Positions 19,504 to 28,505 of a stretch of DNA of 64,000 nt are shown here, one piece after another. The position numbers and the translations under genes were made by a program. The stretch lies in NCBI GenBank assembly GCA_964349465.1, contig CAYGGC010000002.1, positions 28,841-92,840 of the forward strand, given 5' to 3'. The notes under the pieces were generated by a model. The model saw nothing but the letters and a program-made list of their open reading frames with translations, was not told the DNA's origin and did not search any database. Numbering within the stretch: position 1 is the stretch's first letter; each line of letters begins with the position of its first letter. The DNA comes from an uncultured Gammaproteobacteria bacterium (GTDB lineage: Bacteria; Patescibacteriota; Patescibacteriia; SBBC01; CAIJZX01).

Positions 19504-20759
19504 GAGGCGAGCTCCTCTTCAATTTCAAGTAGGCGGTTGTACTTCGCAACGCGCTCACCGCGGGCCGGCGCCCCGGCCTTCAAGAACGGCGCGCTCGACG
19601 CGACTGCGAGGTCGACGATAAACGCATCGGATGTTTCCCCGGAGCGATGTGAAATAACCACGGTGTACCCAGCTTCTTGGGCGCGGAGAATTGTATCGGC
19701 TGTTTCACTCACCGTTCCTATTTGATTGAGTTTGATTAATATCGCGTTGCCCGCCTTCGCTTCAATACCACGATTCAACCGACTGGCGTTCGTGACAAAT
19801 AAGTCGTCACCCACAACCATCGTTGCCTTCGGCACGGCCCCGGTTAGCTCGGTCCAAGCACTCCAATCATCCTCCGCCAATGGGTCTTCAATCGAGATCA
19901 GCGGGTAGGCTTTGAGCCACTCCAATAATGTCCCAATCATGCCCACACTCGCTAAGCCACCGGTCGTCTCTCCGAAGGCATACCGGGCCGTCGCGGGATC
20001 GTAGAATTCAGAAGCGGCCAGATCAAGCCCGAGAGCAACCTGCTTCGGCAACGTGTATCCAGCCGTCTGGACGGCCGTCATAACCAAATCAAGCGCCGCT
20101 CGATCGTTTGGTAAGGTTGGCGCGAAGCCACCCTCATCGCCCAGTAACGTTGAAAGTTTTTTTTCGCGCAAGACACGACCGAGGGTTTGATAAACATCAA
20201 CCCCACGGGCTACCCGAATCGCCGCGCTTGGGCCGTCAGGAATAACCATAAACTCCTGGATTTTTAGTCCATTATCCGCGTGTCGCCCGCCATTCAAAAC
20301 ATTCATCATTGGGCGAGGAAGTTTTTTACGCTGAATCTCCGGCCATCCAAACGTTTTTTGTAAACTCGCGTACAGTGGTTGCTTTTCGAGCGCCGCATGA
20401 GCCCGAGCGGCGGCCATCGATACAGACAAAATTGCATTCGCGCCCAGTTTCGATTTATTGACCGTGCCATCAAGCTCGAGCATGCACTGGTCGATCGCTC
20501 GTTGGTCCCGGATATCAAATCCATGGAGAGCTTTCGCAATCGGCCCGACGACATTGCTGATCGCATTGCGGACACTCTGACCGTTGTAGTCCTTCGGGTT
20601 ATCGTCGCGCAATTCTAGCGCTTCGTGACTGCCGGTTGAGGCGCCAGATGGAACAGCGGCCACACCACTCACTCCAATATCAAGATGAACCGCTGTTTCG
20701 AGCGTCGGCTTCCCCCGTGAATCAAGAATCTGTCGACTAGTAATTGAAGAGATGCGCAT
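19500..20759 (-). CDS. eno: Enolase
   Basis: ITSRQILDSRGKPTLETAV at the N-terminus, and SHRSGETSDAFIVDLAV. The internal start MRISS at 20759 lies 4 nt after the pgk stop. Confidence 0.9.
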   Translation of the reverse strand: MRISSITSRQILDSRGKPTLETAVHLDIGVSGVAAVPSGASTGSHEALELRDDNPKDYNGQSVRNAISNVVGPIAKALHGFDIRDQRAIDQCMLELDGTVNKSKLGANAILSVSMAAARAHAALEKQPLYASLQKTFGWPEIQRKKLPRPMMNVLNGGRHADNGLKIQEFMVIPDGPSAAIRVARGVDVYQTLGRVLREKKLSTLLGDEGGFAPTLPNDRAALDLVMTAVQTAGYTLPKQVALGLDLAASEFYDPATARYAFGETTGGLASVGMIGTLLEWLKAYPLISIEDPLAEDDWSAWTELTGAVPKATMVVGDDLFVTNASRLNRGIEAKAGNAILIKLNQIGTVSETADTILRAQEAGYTVVISHRSGETSDAFIVDLAVASSAPFLKAGAPARGERVAKYNRLLEIEEELAS

Positions 20760-20763
20760 AACG

Positions 20764-21933
20764 TTATTCAGCCACTGCCAATAAACCTGGTAAATGTTTT
20801 CCTTCGAGAAACTCCAACATCGCCCCACCGCCCGTTGAACACCATGTCACCCGGCGATCTTGTTTGGTCTTTTTTAGCGCATCAATCGTCTCCCCGCCGC
20901 CGACATAGCTTTTGGCAGTACTCGCGCCAACAGCTTGCGCCACCCGTCGCGTGCCGTGATCGAACGGCGGGACCTCGTAGAGCCCCATTGGGCCATTCCA
21001 AACGATGGTTTTCGCGGTGCGGAGGATGCGGCGATACATCGTCACGGTATCAGGGCCAATATCATAAATGCGTTCGCCCGCCCGAACCGCGCCAACCGCT
21101 CGGACCGTCCGCCGTGCTTTCGCCTGCAGCGAGGTCGCCACCACGACATCACAAGGAATCGTCAGGTGTTTATTTCGAACGGTTAGGCCACGCGCGGCAC
21201 GCAGCATGGTTGGCTCTGATAAGGATTTACCGATCGCCAGCCCTTCCGCTTGTAGAACGGTATTTGCTAAAGCACCACCTAATAACACCTTATCCGCGCG
21301 ACGCAAGAGCGTCTGGACGAGTTGCAGCTTTGTCGAAATTTTTGCGCCACCGAGAATCGCAACATATGGTCGGGCTGGATTTTTCTGCAACCTCGATAGC
21401 GCCGCCACTTCTTGCTGAACCAACAGGCCAGCGTAGGCTGGTCGGTACCGCGCCACCCCGACAATCGAAGCATGAGCACGATGGGAATCGGCAAACGCGT
21501 CATTCACAACAACGTCCGCGAACTGGGCCAATCGTTTCGACAAGCGCACGGTATTCGCCGCCTCGCCTGGTTCAAAACGAATATTTTCCAAGAGCGCGAC
21601 CTGGCCTCGCTGAAGAGTCAAAAGTTTTTTTGTCACCGACTCGGACCAGATAGCGTCTGGCACAAACATCACAGGGCGCTTCAGCAATCGACGTAACGGG
21701 GTAATAAAGGGTTGTAAACTCAAAGCCGCCGATCGCCGGTCCGGCCGTCCCCGATGACTAACGAGAATGACTATCGCCTGATGTTTCACTAGCCAAGCAA
21801 TTGTCGGGACAGTTTGAACAATCCGCGTCAAGTCGCGTGGCCGACCACGGCCATCCAGCGCAATATTGTAATCAACGCGAACTAGAACGCTTTTTCCTCG
21901 AACATTGATTTTTCGGATATCTCGAAGTCGCAT
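20764..21933 (-). CDS. pgk: Phosphoglycerate kinase
   Basis: KSVLVRVDYNIAL, with GGGDS/GGGAM-type motifs near the C-terminus. An alternative start at 21984 would add 17 aa and overlap the ndh stop by ATGA. Confidence 0.85.
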   Translation of the reverse strand: MRLRDIRKINVRGKSVLVRVDYNIALDGRGRPRDLTRIVQTVPTIAWLVKHQAIVILVSHRGRPDRRSAALSLQPFITPLRRLLKRPVMFVPDAIWSESVTKKLLTLQRGQVALLENIRFEPGEAANTVRLSKRLAQFADVVVNDAFADSHRAHASIVGVARYRPAYAGLLVQQEVAALSRLQKNPARPYVAILGGAKISTKLQLVQTLLRRADKVLLGGALANTVLQAEGLAIGKSLSEPTMLRAARGLTVRNKHLTIPCDVVVATSLQAKARRTVRAVGAVRAGERIYDIGPDTVTMYRRILRTAKTIVWNGPMGLYEVPPFDHGTRRVAQAVGASTAKSYVGGGETIDALKKTKQDRRVTWCSTGGGAMLEFLEGKHLPGLLAVAE

Positions 21934-21980
21934 ACGATGAAAGTATACCACGCCATTTTTTTCGACGCTACGCAACCGAA

Positions 21981-23237
21981 TCAATCATTCCGAAGATAGG
22001 CGCGGCCGCCGCGATACCAGACTCGAAACGCGTTACGAAAGCTGACGATCGAAAAAAAATACCGTAGGTCAACAAACTTCCGCATCATCCAACCGACAAA
22101 CCCACTGGCGCGGAAACCAATGGTACTGACCGCCCATCGCCCCCCGATCGGAAAAACATACCCGCTTTGGACCGGAATGTAGGGTTGCAGTGGGCGCCCA
22201 TCCATCCGCGCCACAATATTACGCGCCACGAGTCGCCCTTGCGCAACCGCGGCTGGCGCGACCTGTGGCACCGGCCGCTCCGTCGCGTGATCGAGAAAAA
22301 ACATGCTATCTCCGACGACCGACACGTGATCATGCCCAGGAACAGTCAAGGCATCGGACACGCCGATTTGGCGCTTCCCAATCAATGGTAGTCCCATGGT
22401 CGCCAACACCGCGTGGCCCTGAATACCGCCGCTCCAGACCAAGAGATCAAAACCCTGTGTCGTTCCATCTTTGAGAATCACCTGGCGAGGACCAACGCCA
22501 ATGATCGGGCGACCGGTCGTCACGACAACACCGAGCGACTGTAAACGACGTAGCGCCTGCGCTTGGGCCCAGGCGGACAGCCCAGGCAGAATTGTCGGTC
22601 CCGCTTCGAGCAGGTGCACCTCAAATTGCTGAGGCACAAGCCGCCCCTCTCGACCGAGTCGGAGAATATAATGACGTAACTCACCGGCCACCTCCACGCC
22701 GGAGACTCCAGCACCGCCGATCAGAATTTTTTTTACCTCGCCGGGGCGCACCGTTCGCAATAGCTGATCGATCCGCAAGTGAATTGCCAACGCGTCAGGT
22801 AACTCTTTCAAACTGACACTATGTTCAGCCAGCCCCGGAATATGAAAATCATTCGACTGGCTACCAAGCGCCACAACGAGTTCATCATACCGAACTTCAC
22901 CACCCTGCGCGACCTTAACGCGATTTTTTGTCACATCAATGCTGGTAACGGCGTCTTGCAAGACATAAATATTTTTTTTGAGAAAAATATCTTGCAGCGC
23001 TTTTATGCGAATACAAACACCGCTTTGTAACGCGAGAAGATCTTGCTCGGTAATATCAACCGCCGCGGTGGCAATCTCGTACAACAGCGCATGATACAAA
23101 TGATAGCAATTTTTATCGATGAGCGTGACATTAAAGGCTCGACTGGCCCGTCGCCGCTCAAGCTCCAAGGCAGCCGCCAACCCTGCAAACCCGCCGCCCA
23201 AAATGACAATAGAAGTTCGTTGATGTGTTTTTTTCAT
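21981..23237 (-). CDS. Type II NADH dehydrogenase (NDH-2) or related FAD-dependent pyridine nucleotide-disulfide oxidoreductase
   Basis: An N-terminal GxGxxG motif (IVILGGGFAGLAAA) and a second dinucleotide motif (KILIGGAGVSGVEVA). About 420 aa with a C-terminal amphipathic region. Confidence 0.65.
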   Translation of the reverse strand: MKKTHQRTSIVILGGGFAGLAAALELERRRASRAFNVTLIDKNCYHLYHALLYEIATAAVDITEQDLLALQSGVCIRIKALQDIFLKKNIYVLQDAVTSIDVTKNRVKVAQGGEVRYDELVVALGSQSNDFHIPGLAEHSVSLKELPDALAIHLRIDQLLRTVRPGEVKKILIGGAGVSGVEVAGELRHYILRLGREGRLVPQQFEVHLLEAGPTILPGLSAWAQAQALRRLQSLGVVVTTGRPIIGVGPRQVILKDGTTQGFDLLVWSGGIQGHAVLATMGLPLIGKRQIGVSDALTVPGHDHVSVVGDSMFFLDHATERPVPQVAPAAVAQGRLVARNIVARMDGRPLQPYIPVQSGYVFPIGGRWAVSTIGFRASGFVGWMMRKFVDLRYFFSIVSFRNAFRVWYRGGRAYLRND

Positions 23238-23272
23238 TTGCTCAAAGTATACCATATTCAAACCCACGCGAG

Positions 23273-23301
23273 TTGCTGGACGTACGAGCCTGTGCTATGC
23301 T
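23273..23301 (+). promoter_or_regulatory. Candidate promoter for the T-box leader and aspS
   Basis: TTGCTG, a 17-nt spacer, then TATGCT. This is a weak match. Confidence 0.3.
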
Positions 23302-23326
23302 CAACACACAAATTGAAAGGCGATGA

Positions 23327-23540
23327 CGCTGTTGACCCAGCCGAGCCGAGAGCAGAGTTCCTGGTCATTCAGGAAGGTAGATCTCTCCGGGATACGCCCG
23401 TAATCGCGTTGAGCCGCTGTAAGACGGTCATAAGGCCGAGCCAAGCTCGGCAAAGTAAGGTGGTACCGCGCGCCCTGCGCCCTTACGAAAGCCTCAATCA
23501 TCCGATTGATTCTTTCGTCAGGGCGCTGCTTTATTAACCA
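23327..23540 (+). promoter_or_regulatory. T-box riboswitch leader, probably Asp-specific
   Basis: The conserved T-box sequence AAGGTGGTACCGCGCG lies at 23456-23471. A GA-rich Stem I base (CGAGAGCAGAG) is present. A terminator helix GCGCCCTG...CAGGGCGC is followed by TGCTTTATT just 10 nt before the aspS ATG. A candidate specifier GAU-A is seen in GGGAUACG. Confidence 0.65.
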
Positions 23541-23550
23541 CCTATCGTCT

Positions 23551-24867
23551 ATGGAAACATACCTCCCGATCAACGAAGTCGGCGCCCACCTCGGCGAACC
23601 AATCATCATCCGCGGCTTTGCCCAAGTCATCCGCGATCAAGGCAGTATTAAATTCTTATTGATCCGCGATATCACCGGCCTGATTCAAGCGGTCGTGTTT
23701 AAAGATAAAGCCGAAGCTCTCAAAGTTGTCAGTGAGCTCAGCGTTGAATCAGTTGTCGCGATCCACGGTTCGGCTAAGGCAGAAAAACAAGCACCGGGCG
23801 GTTTTGAAATTGCCGTCGATACGGTCACGCTGCTCTCCCACGCCGATCCAGAACTCCCAATTCCAGTGATTGAAAAGGGGCAGGAGGAAACGAACATCAA
23901 CTCCCGTCTTGATTGGCGGTGGATCGATTTACGGAAACCAAAAAATACCCTGACCTTCAAGGTATGGACCCTCATGGAATCGGCCTTCCGCGAGTACTGG
24001 GTCAATAATAAGTATTTGGAAATCCATTCGCCAAAACTCATCGCGACCGCCAGTGAGTCTGGCTCCGAAGTCTTTGAGGTCAAATACTTCGAACGCAAAG
24101 CCTATCTCGCCCAATCGCCGCAATTCTACAAGCAAATGGCTATGGCGGCTGGGTTTGAGCGCGTCTTTGAAGTTGGACCTGTTTTCCGAGCCGAACCATC
24201 CTTCACCTCCCGGCATGCGACGGAATTCACCGGGTACGACGCGGAAATTTCCTATGTCACCTCACATTATGACGTGATGGCCGAAGAAGAGCGAGTCATC
24301 GCCTACGCTTTGCAAAAGGTGAAAGATGTCTACGGCGCGCAGATCAAGGAACTGTTCGGCCGCGATCTCGTTGTCCCAACCGTTCCGTTTCCAAAACTGA
24401 CGATGATTGAAGTCAAAAAAATTCTGGCCGACCTCGGCATTCCGGACGAACGGGACGGCGACCTTGCGCCGGAAGAAGAAAAGGCGATCTGCCAATATAT
24501 TCTTGAGAAAGAAGGTCATGAATTTGTGTTCATTACGGATTACCCCAGCAAAGTTCGTCCGTTCTATCATATGCGCGATGAAAAAGATCCGAACACCACC
24601 AAGAGTTTTGATTTACTCTGGGGTGGACTCGAGATTACGACCGGGGCCCAGCGGGAACATCGTTATGACGTGTTGATGGCCCAGGCCAAGGAAAAAGGGA
24701 TGGAAATTGAAAAAATCCAGTTCTATCTCAACTTCTTTAAATTCGGATGTCCCCCGCACGGCGGCTATGGGATGGGCCCGAACCGGATGATTATGAAATT
24801 GCTCGGTATTGATAATGTCCGTGAGGCAATGTTCCTGTTCCGCGGCGTCAAACGATTAGAGCCATAA
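23551..24867 (+). CDS. aspS: Aspartyl-tRNA synthetase, archaeal/type-2 form (possibly non-discriminating)
   Basis: Motifs IHSPKLIATASESGSEVF, KAYLAQSPQFYKQ, FRAEPSFTSRHATEF, QREHRYDVL and PPHGGYGMGPNRMIM match Pyrococcus-type AspRS almost block for block. Start at METYL. Confidence 0.85.
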   Translation: METYLPINEVGAHLGEPIIIRGFAQVIRDQGSIKFLLIRDITGLIQAVVFKDKAEALKVVSELSVESVVAIHGSAKAEKQAPGGFEIAVDTVTLLSHADPELPIPVIEKGQEETNINSRLDWRWIDLRKPKNTLTFKVWTLMESAFREYWVNNKYLEIHSPKLIATASESGSEVFEVKYFERKAYLAQSPQFYKQMAMAAGFERVFEVGPVFRAEPSFTSRHATEFTGYDAEISYVTSHYDVMAEEERVIAYALQKVKDVYGAQIKELFGRDLVVPTVPFPKLTMIEVKKILADLGIPDERDGDLAPEEEKAICQYILEKEGHEFVFITDYPSKVRPFYHMRDEKDPNTTKSFDLLWGGLEITTGAQREHRYDVLMAQAKEKGMEIEKIQFYLNFFKFGCPPHGGYGMGPNRMIMKLLGIDNVREAMFLFRGVKRLEP

Positions 24868-24875
24868 ATAAACGT

Positions 24876-24915
24876 AAAACACCACGGGGCCATGCTTGGG
24901 CTCGTGGTGTTTTAG
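24876..24915. terminator. Bidirectional intrinsic terminator between aspS and the response-regulator gene
   Basis: AACACCACG-(GGGCCATGCTTGGGCT)-CGTGGTGTT, with A-rich sequence before and TTTT after. Confidence 0.55.
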
Positions 24916-24930
24916 GGCCTCGTAAAATGC

Positions 24931-25356
24931 TTACTCCGAAAACGTGCTTTGATGTAAGACCTCTTCAACCTGCTGCTGCAAGTCGTGTGGGTCGAGGTTT
25001 GACTTCACCAAATACCGATCGGCCCCGAGTTTTTTCGCGGTCCGAACATGCTCATCCGAATCAAGGTTAGAAAGAATAATGACTCGCGTCATTGATAACG
25101 ACGGCGTATTTTTTACCAGCCGAAGAATCTCAAAACCCGTGGGCTCGTGATAATTCTCGCCATGGGTGTCACCCTTCGGATGCTTTGGGATCAGGAGGTC
25201 CAAGAGGACCACGTGCGGGCGGTTAACAATGATTTGCTCCTCCCCTGTTTGCGCATCAAGCGCGGCGTTCACTTCGTAACCTGACTTTGTTAACATCAGG
25301 GTATAGAGCGAGGAAATAATTGGTTCGTCTTCGATCAGCAAGATGCGAGTGGCCAT
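24931..25356 (-). CDS. Single-domain response regulator (CheY-like receiver only)
   Basis: MATRILLIEDEPIIS...VLLDLLIP... with the conserved Asp pocket and a lysine (LVKSNLD). There is no output domain. The start is 13 nt after the stop of the kinase gene. Confidence 0.7.
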   Translation of the reverse strand: MATRILLIEDEPIISSLYTLMLTKSGYEVNAALDAQTGEEQIIVNRPHVVLLDLLIPKHPKGDTHGENYHEPTGFEILRLVKNTPSLSMTRVIILSNLDSDEHVRTAKKLGADRYLVKSNLDPHDLQQQVEEVLHQSTFSE

Positions 25357-25369
25357 AGACGTAGGGTAA

Positions 25370-28192
25370 TTATGAACGAGGGCTAACCACGTGCGCAGCC
25401 GCTTGATGCGGATGTGCCTCGGGCGCGTCAGCATGCGGGACCAAGGGTAGAATAAATTGGAAGGTACTCCCCTTTCCTTCACCATCCGACTCGGCCCAAA
25501 TCCGCCCGCCGTGGGCGTCGATAATGGATTTCGCAATAAATAAACCAAGTCCCGATCCATCAGGATGGATTTGGGCGATCCCGCTCCCGCGCACAAACTT
25601 GTTAAACAACTCCGTCGCGTCCTGCGGCTTAATACCAATACCGGTGTCTTTCGCGCGGAAATGAATACGCTCGTCTTCCAGTTCGGCCGTGAGGGTGATT
25701 GAACCTTTATCGGTATATTTGATGGCGTTATCGATCAAATTAAGAATGACATCTTGAATTTTATCGGCGTCAACCATAACTTTCGGCAAGGGTGTTTTTG
25801 GAAGCTTATTGAGAATTTTCAAACCCTTATCGTTCGCCGCTTTCGTTACTTCCTTAATTTCACGCACCACTAAATCTTCAAACTGGACTGGCACTTTTGT
25901 ATATGTGAACTTGCCCGCCTCGATTTTTGAGACGTTTAAGAACTGGTTAATTAAGCGAATCATCCGCTGTGATTCAGCTAATAAATCGGTCAGAATTTTC
26001 AGGTGATCGGGTTTCATCTTCCCGAAATCTCCCTGGGTCATCATCGACAGATAGCCCATAATCCCGGTCATTGGCGTTCGGAGTTGATGGGACGCGATCG
26101 ACACAAATTCTGACTTCGCACGGTCGAGTTCTTGAAGATGCTTGTTCGCAACTTCGAGCTGTCCGTTCGTTTCCTTCAATTGCGAGAAAAGCGTTAAGTT
26201 CCGCGACACAATCCCGAGTTCGTCGGCCATCGATTGCATCGTCGCGATTTCTTGTGGGGTGATGTCGTGGATAGATTTTTGCAAACCGATCTCAATCACC
26301 CCGATGGTCCTTGATTCCGAAATGATCGGTACTAAAACCATCGATTTCAGGCCCATCAGTTTTTGGATACTCGCACATATAATTTTCGGCAGCGGCGGCG
26401 AGAGAACGTCGCTCATCGAGTCCGTGATTTTTATTTCTCCAGTGCGAATAACCTGATGCCCTAAAGAGTTAGAGGCCGGATCCATGATATCGCTGTGGTA
26501 CGTATCAAACCGCAACGGCAATAATCGCATCGCCTTCTTAGTCAGCGGTGTTTCGGTAATTGCGCGCGCCCGAACCGTCCGACCATCTTGGTCGAGGAAG
26601 ACTAGAATCGCGCCCAGATAGCCAAGCTCAGTTGCGACGCTATTGGCGATATTTTGGACGGCTTGGGAGAAATCGAGTGTTCGCGTGACTTCTTTGGTAA
26701 TATTTTGCAGGGTTTGCAACGAGACATTCCGATCTTCGAGCTTCTCGGTCGCTTCCTTTACTTTCACTTTCAAATTTTCACCAAACTCCCGAACTTCTTC
26801 GAAGAGGTTCGCCTTTTGAATCGCTGATCCAATTTGTGGCGACAGCACTTCAATCAAGTTCACGTCATCGTTGGAGAACGTATCCCCAGAGAGTTTAGAC
26901 CCGAGGACAAGTACGGCAATCAAGTGATCTTGCGCGTAGACCGGCGCAATTAAGGCCGCTCCAAGCTTTTCAAATTCTTCTTTCGACGCAAGCAACGGTC
27001 CGCGTAGCTCTTCTTTCGTATCGTCAATTTTCCGCTCAAGCGATTCATAAATGGCCGGATGACGGTGCTCGCGGAGATAATGCACGAGCTGACTCTCGTT
27101 TTGGAGCACCATGTTTGGGTATTTGCCCAAAAGTTCCGGCAAGGCCTCAAACCGATCCGTGCCGCCATGCGAAGTTCGGCGCAGGAGCGTCGCCGCAAAC
27201 TTGATTTTGAGCTCTTGGGTTAGGGTCGTCCGCAGATCGGTAATCAGTTTTGTCTGATCAAGTTCGAAACTGAGGGTTTCGGAAAGTTTGCGGAGAATCG
27301 CTTGATAATCAATCTTTGCCTTGAAAAAGACTTTGTCGGTTGCTCGTGAAAGAAGCCGCTTGAGTGGATCAAGGCCGAAGACGATGAGAGCGGCGACGAG
27401 GAAGGCTATTGAATTTTGACTAACTTGGCTCTTTTCAAAGAAACGCGCGGAGGTAAACGTAATAAAAACGAAAGAGAGTGTGACGAGGGTCAACAGCAAA
27501 CCATAGATTAATGAACGTGTGGCGACTAGACGGATATCTAGTAGCCTATGCCTTACAATTGCGTAACTAACTAATACAACGAGAAAAAGTGTGCCGAGCG
27601 GTCCAAGGGCAACCAGACTACCGATCCCGATTACCGGCAGTAAAATATTAGTAATAATGCCAAAAAGAGCGGTAATTGCGACTCCAGCAAAAACGTACCT
27701 TATCTGTTGCTTAACTAACCCCGAGGAGCTTAAATATTTTCTAATAAAACTGTAAATCGAAAAAATTATTCCTCCAAAGAAATATAGTAAGAAAAAATAG
27801 TACCCTGGCGCATAAGTTAACTTTGCAGGAAAGATTGTGTTATCTACAGATTCAACAAGGTATCCAAAAAAAATAGTTGGCAACAAAACAATAAATCCCA
27901 CTAAAAAAAATACCAATACTGGTTTTCTTGGGTTAACACCAAACGGGAAGAGATAGCTAAAAAAAAGTATAGATGGAATCATTAGTACCGGTCCAAGAAA
28001 AGTCATTTTTGCCCAAAAAAGCGACCTATTCGGATCAAAGTCAACCAAATAGTTAGCAATTGCCCAAATTGCCAAGGATATCGCGAGGGAGAAAAAAGAA
28101 ATATTTATTTTGGATTTGTGATTTCTGTTTAGAATTAAGAATCCTAAAAAAATAATTGAAGCCGAGACAAAAAGAACTGACAATAGGTACAT
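25370..28192 (-). CDS. Sensor histidine kinase with 7TM, GAF, GAF, HisKA and HATPase domains
   Basis: About 220 aa of multi-pass membrane domain, then two GAF-like regions, an H-box (FVSIASHQLRTPMTGIMGY), an N-box (LNLIDNAIKYT) and G-boxes (DTGIGI, GSGLGL). 940 aa. The 5' roughly 500 nt are strongly AT-rich. Confidence 0.8.
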   Translation of the reverse strand: MYLLSVLFVSASIIFLGFLILNRNHKSKINISFFSLAISLAIWAIANYLVDFDPNRSLFWAKMTFLGPVLMIPSILFFSYLFPFGVNPRKPVLVFFLVGFIVLLPTIFFGYLVESVDNTIFPAKLTYAPGYYFFLLYFFGGIIFSIYSFIRKYLSSSGLVKQQIRYVFAGVAITALFGIITNILLPVIGIGSLVALGPLGTLFLVVLVSYAIVRHRLLDIRLVATRSLIYGLLLTLVTLSFVFITFTSARFFEKSQVSQNSIAFLVAALIVFGLDPLKRLLSRATDKVFFKAKIDYQAILRKLSETLSFELDQTKLITDLRTTLTQELKIKFAATLLRRTSHGGTDRFEALPELLGKYPNMVLQNESQLVHYLREHRHPAIYESLERKIDDTKEELRGPLLASKEEFEKLGAALIAPVYAQDHLIAVLVLGSKLSGDTFSNDDVNLIEVLSPQIGSAIQKANLFEEVREFGENLKVKVKEATEKLEDRNVSLQTLQNITKEVTRTLDFSQAVQNIANSVATELGYLGAILVFLDQDGRTVRARAITETPLTKKAMRLLPLRFDTYHSDIMDPASNSLGHQVIRTGEIKITDSMSDVLSPPLPKIICASIQKLMGLKSMVLVPIISESRTIGVIEIGLQKSIHDITPQEIATMQSMADELGIVSRNLTLFSQLKETNGQLEVANKHLQELDRAKSEFVSIASHQLRTPMTGIMGYLSMMTQGDFGKMKPDHLKILTDLLAESQRMIRLINQFLNVSKIEAGKFTYTKVPVQFEDLVVREIKEVTKAANDKGLKILNKLPKTPLPKVMVDADKIQDVILNLIDNAIKYTDKGSITLTAELEDERIHFRAKDTGIGIKPQDATELFNKFVRGSGIAQIHPDGSGLGLFIAKSIIDAHGGRIWAESDGEGKGSTFQFILPLVPHADAPEAHPHQAAAHVVSPRS

Positions 28193-28197
28193 GTAAA

Positions 28198-28503
28198 TTA
28201 TAGTCTGTTAAAAATACGAAAGATGCCAATTATAACGAGTACCAAAAAAATTAAATATACATATGACGGCAGTTTTTTTGCAAAAAAGAAAACATAGATA
28301 TACGGCACTAGGAATACTATGAGAGTTAATCCAGCTCGTACAATAATCTCAAAAGTCGAGACCTTCAGTGCTACCCCCACAACTAGCCAAGCCATTAGAG
28401 CATAGAAAACGGGCCAGGTTCCAAAGTATAGAATTCCAAAAATTCTGCCATCTAGACCATATTTATTGATTTGCTGATTTTTTTTTCGCAAAAAGTCTAA
28501 CAT
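28198..28503 (-). CDS. Small membrane protein, 101 aa, 3 TM helices
   Basis: Hydrophobic ORF lying 2 nt downstream of the acyltransferase stop and 6 nt upstream of the kinase start. About 33% GC. Confidence 0.5.
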   Translation of the reverse strand: MLDFLRKKNQQINKYGLDGRIFGILYFGTWPVFYALMAWLVVGVALKVSTFEIIVRAGLTLIVFLVPYIYVFFFAKKLPSYVYLIFLVLVIIGIFRIFNRL

Positions 28504-28505
28504 GA

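Noticed and set aside
20835-21653. 272-aa plus-strand ORF
   Set aside because: It is antisense to phosphoglycerate kinase. Arg/Pro-rich with no domain.
23301-23630. 109-aa minus-strand ORF
   Set aside because: It overlaps the T-box leader and the aspS start. The region is better explained as a regulatory RNA.
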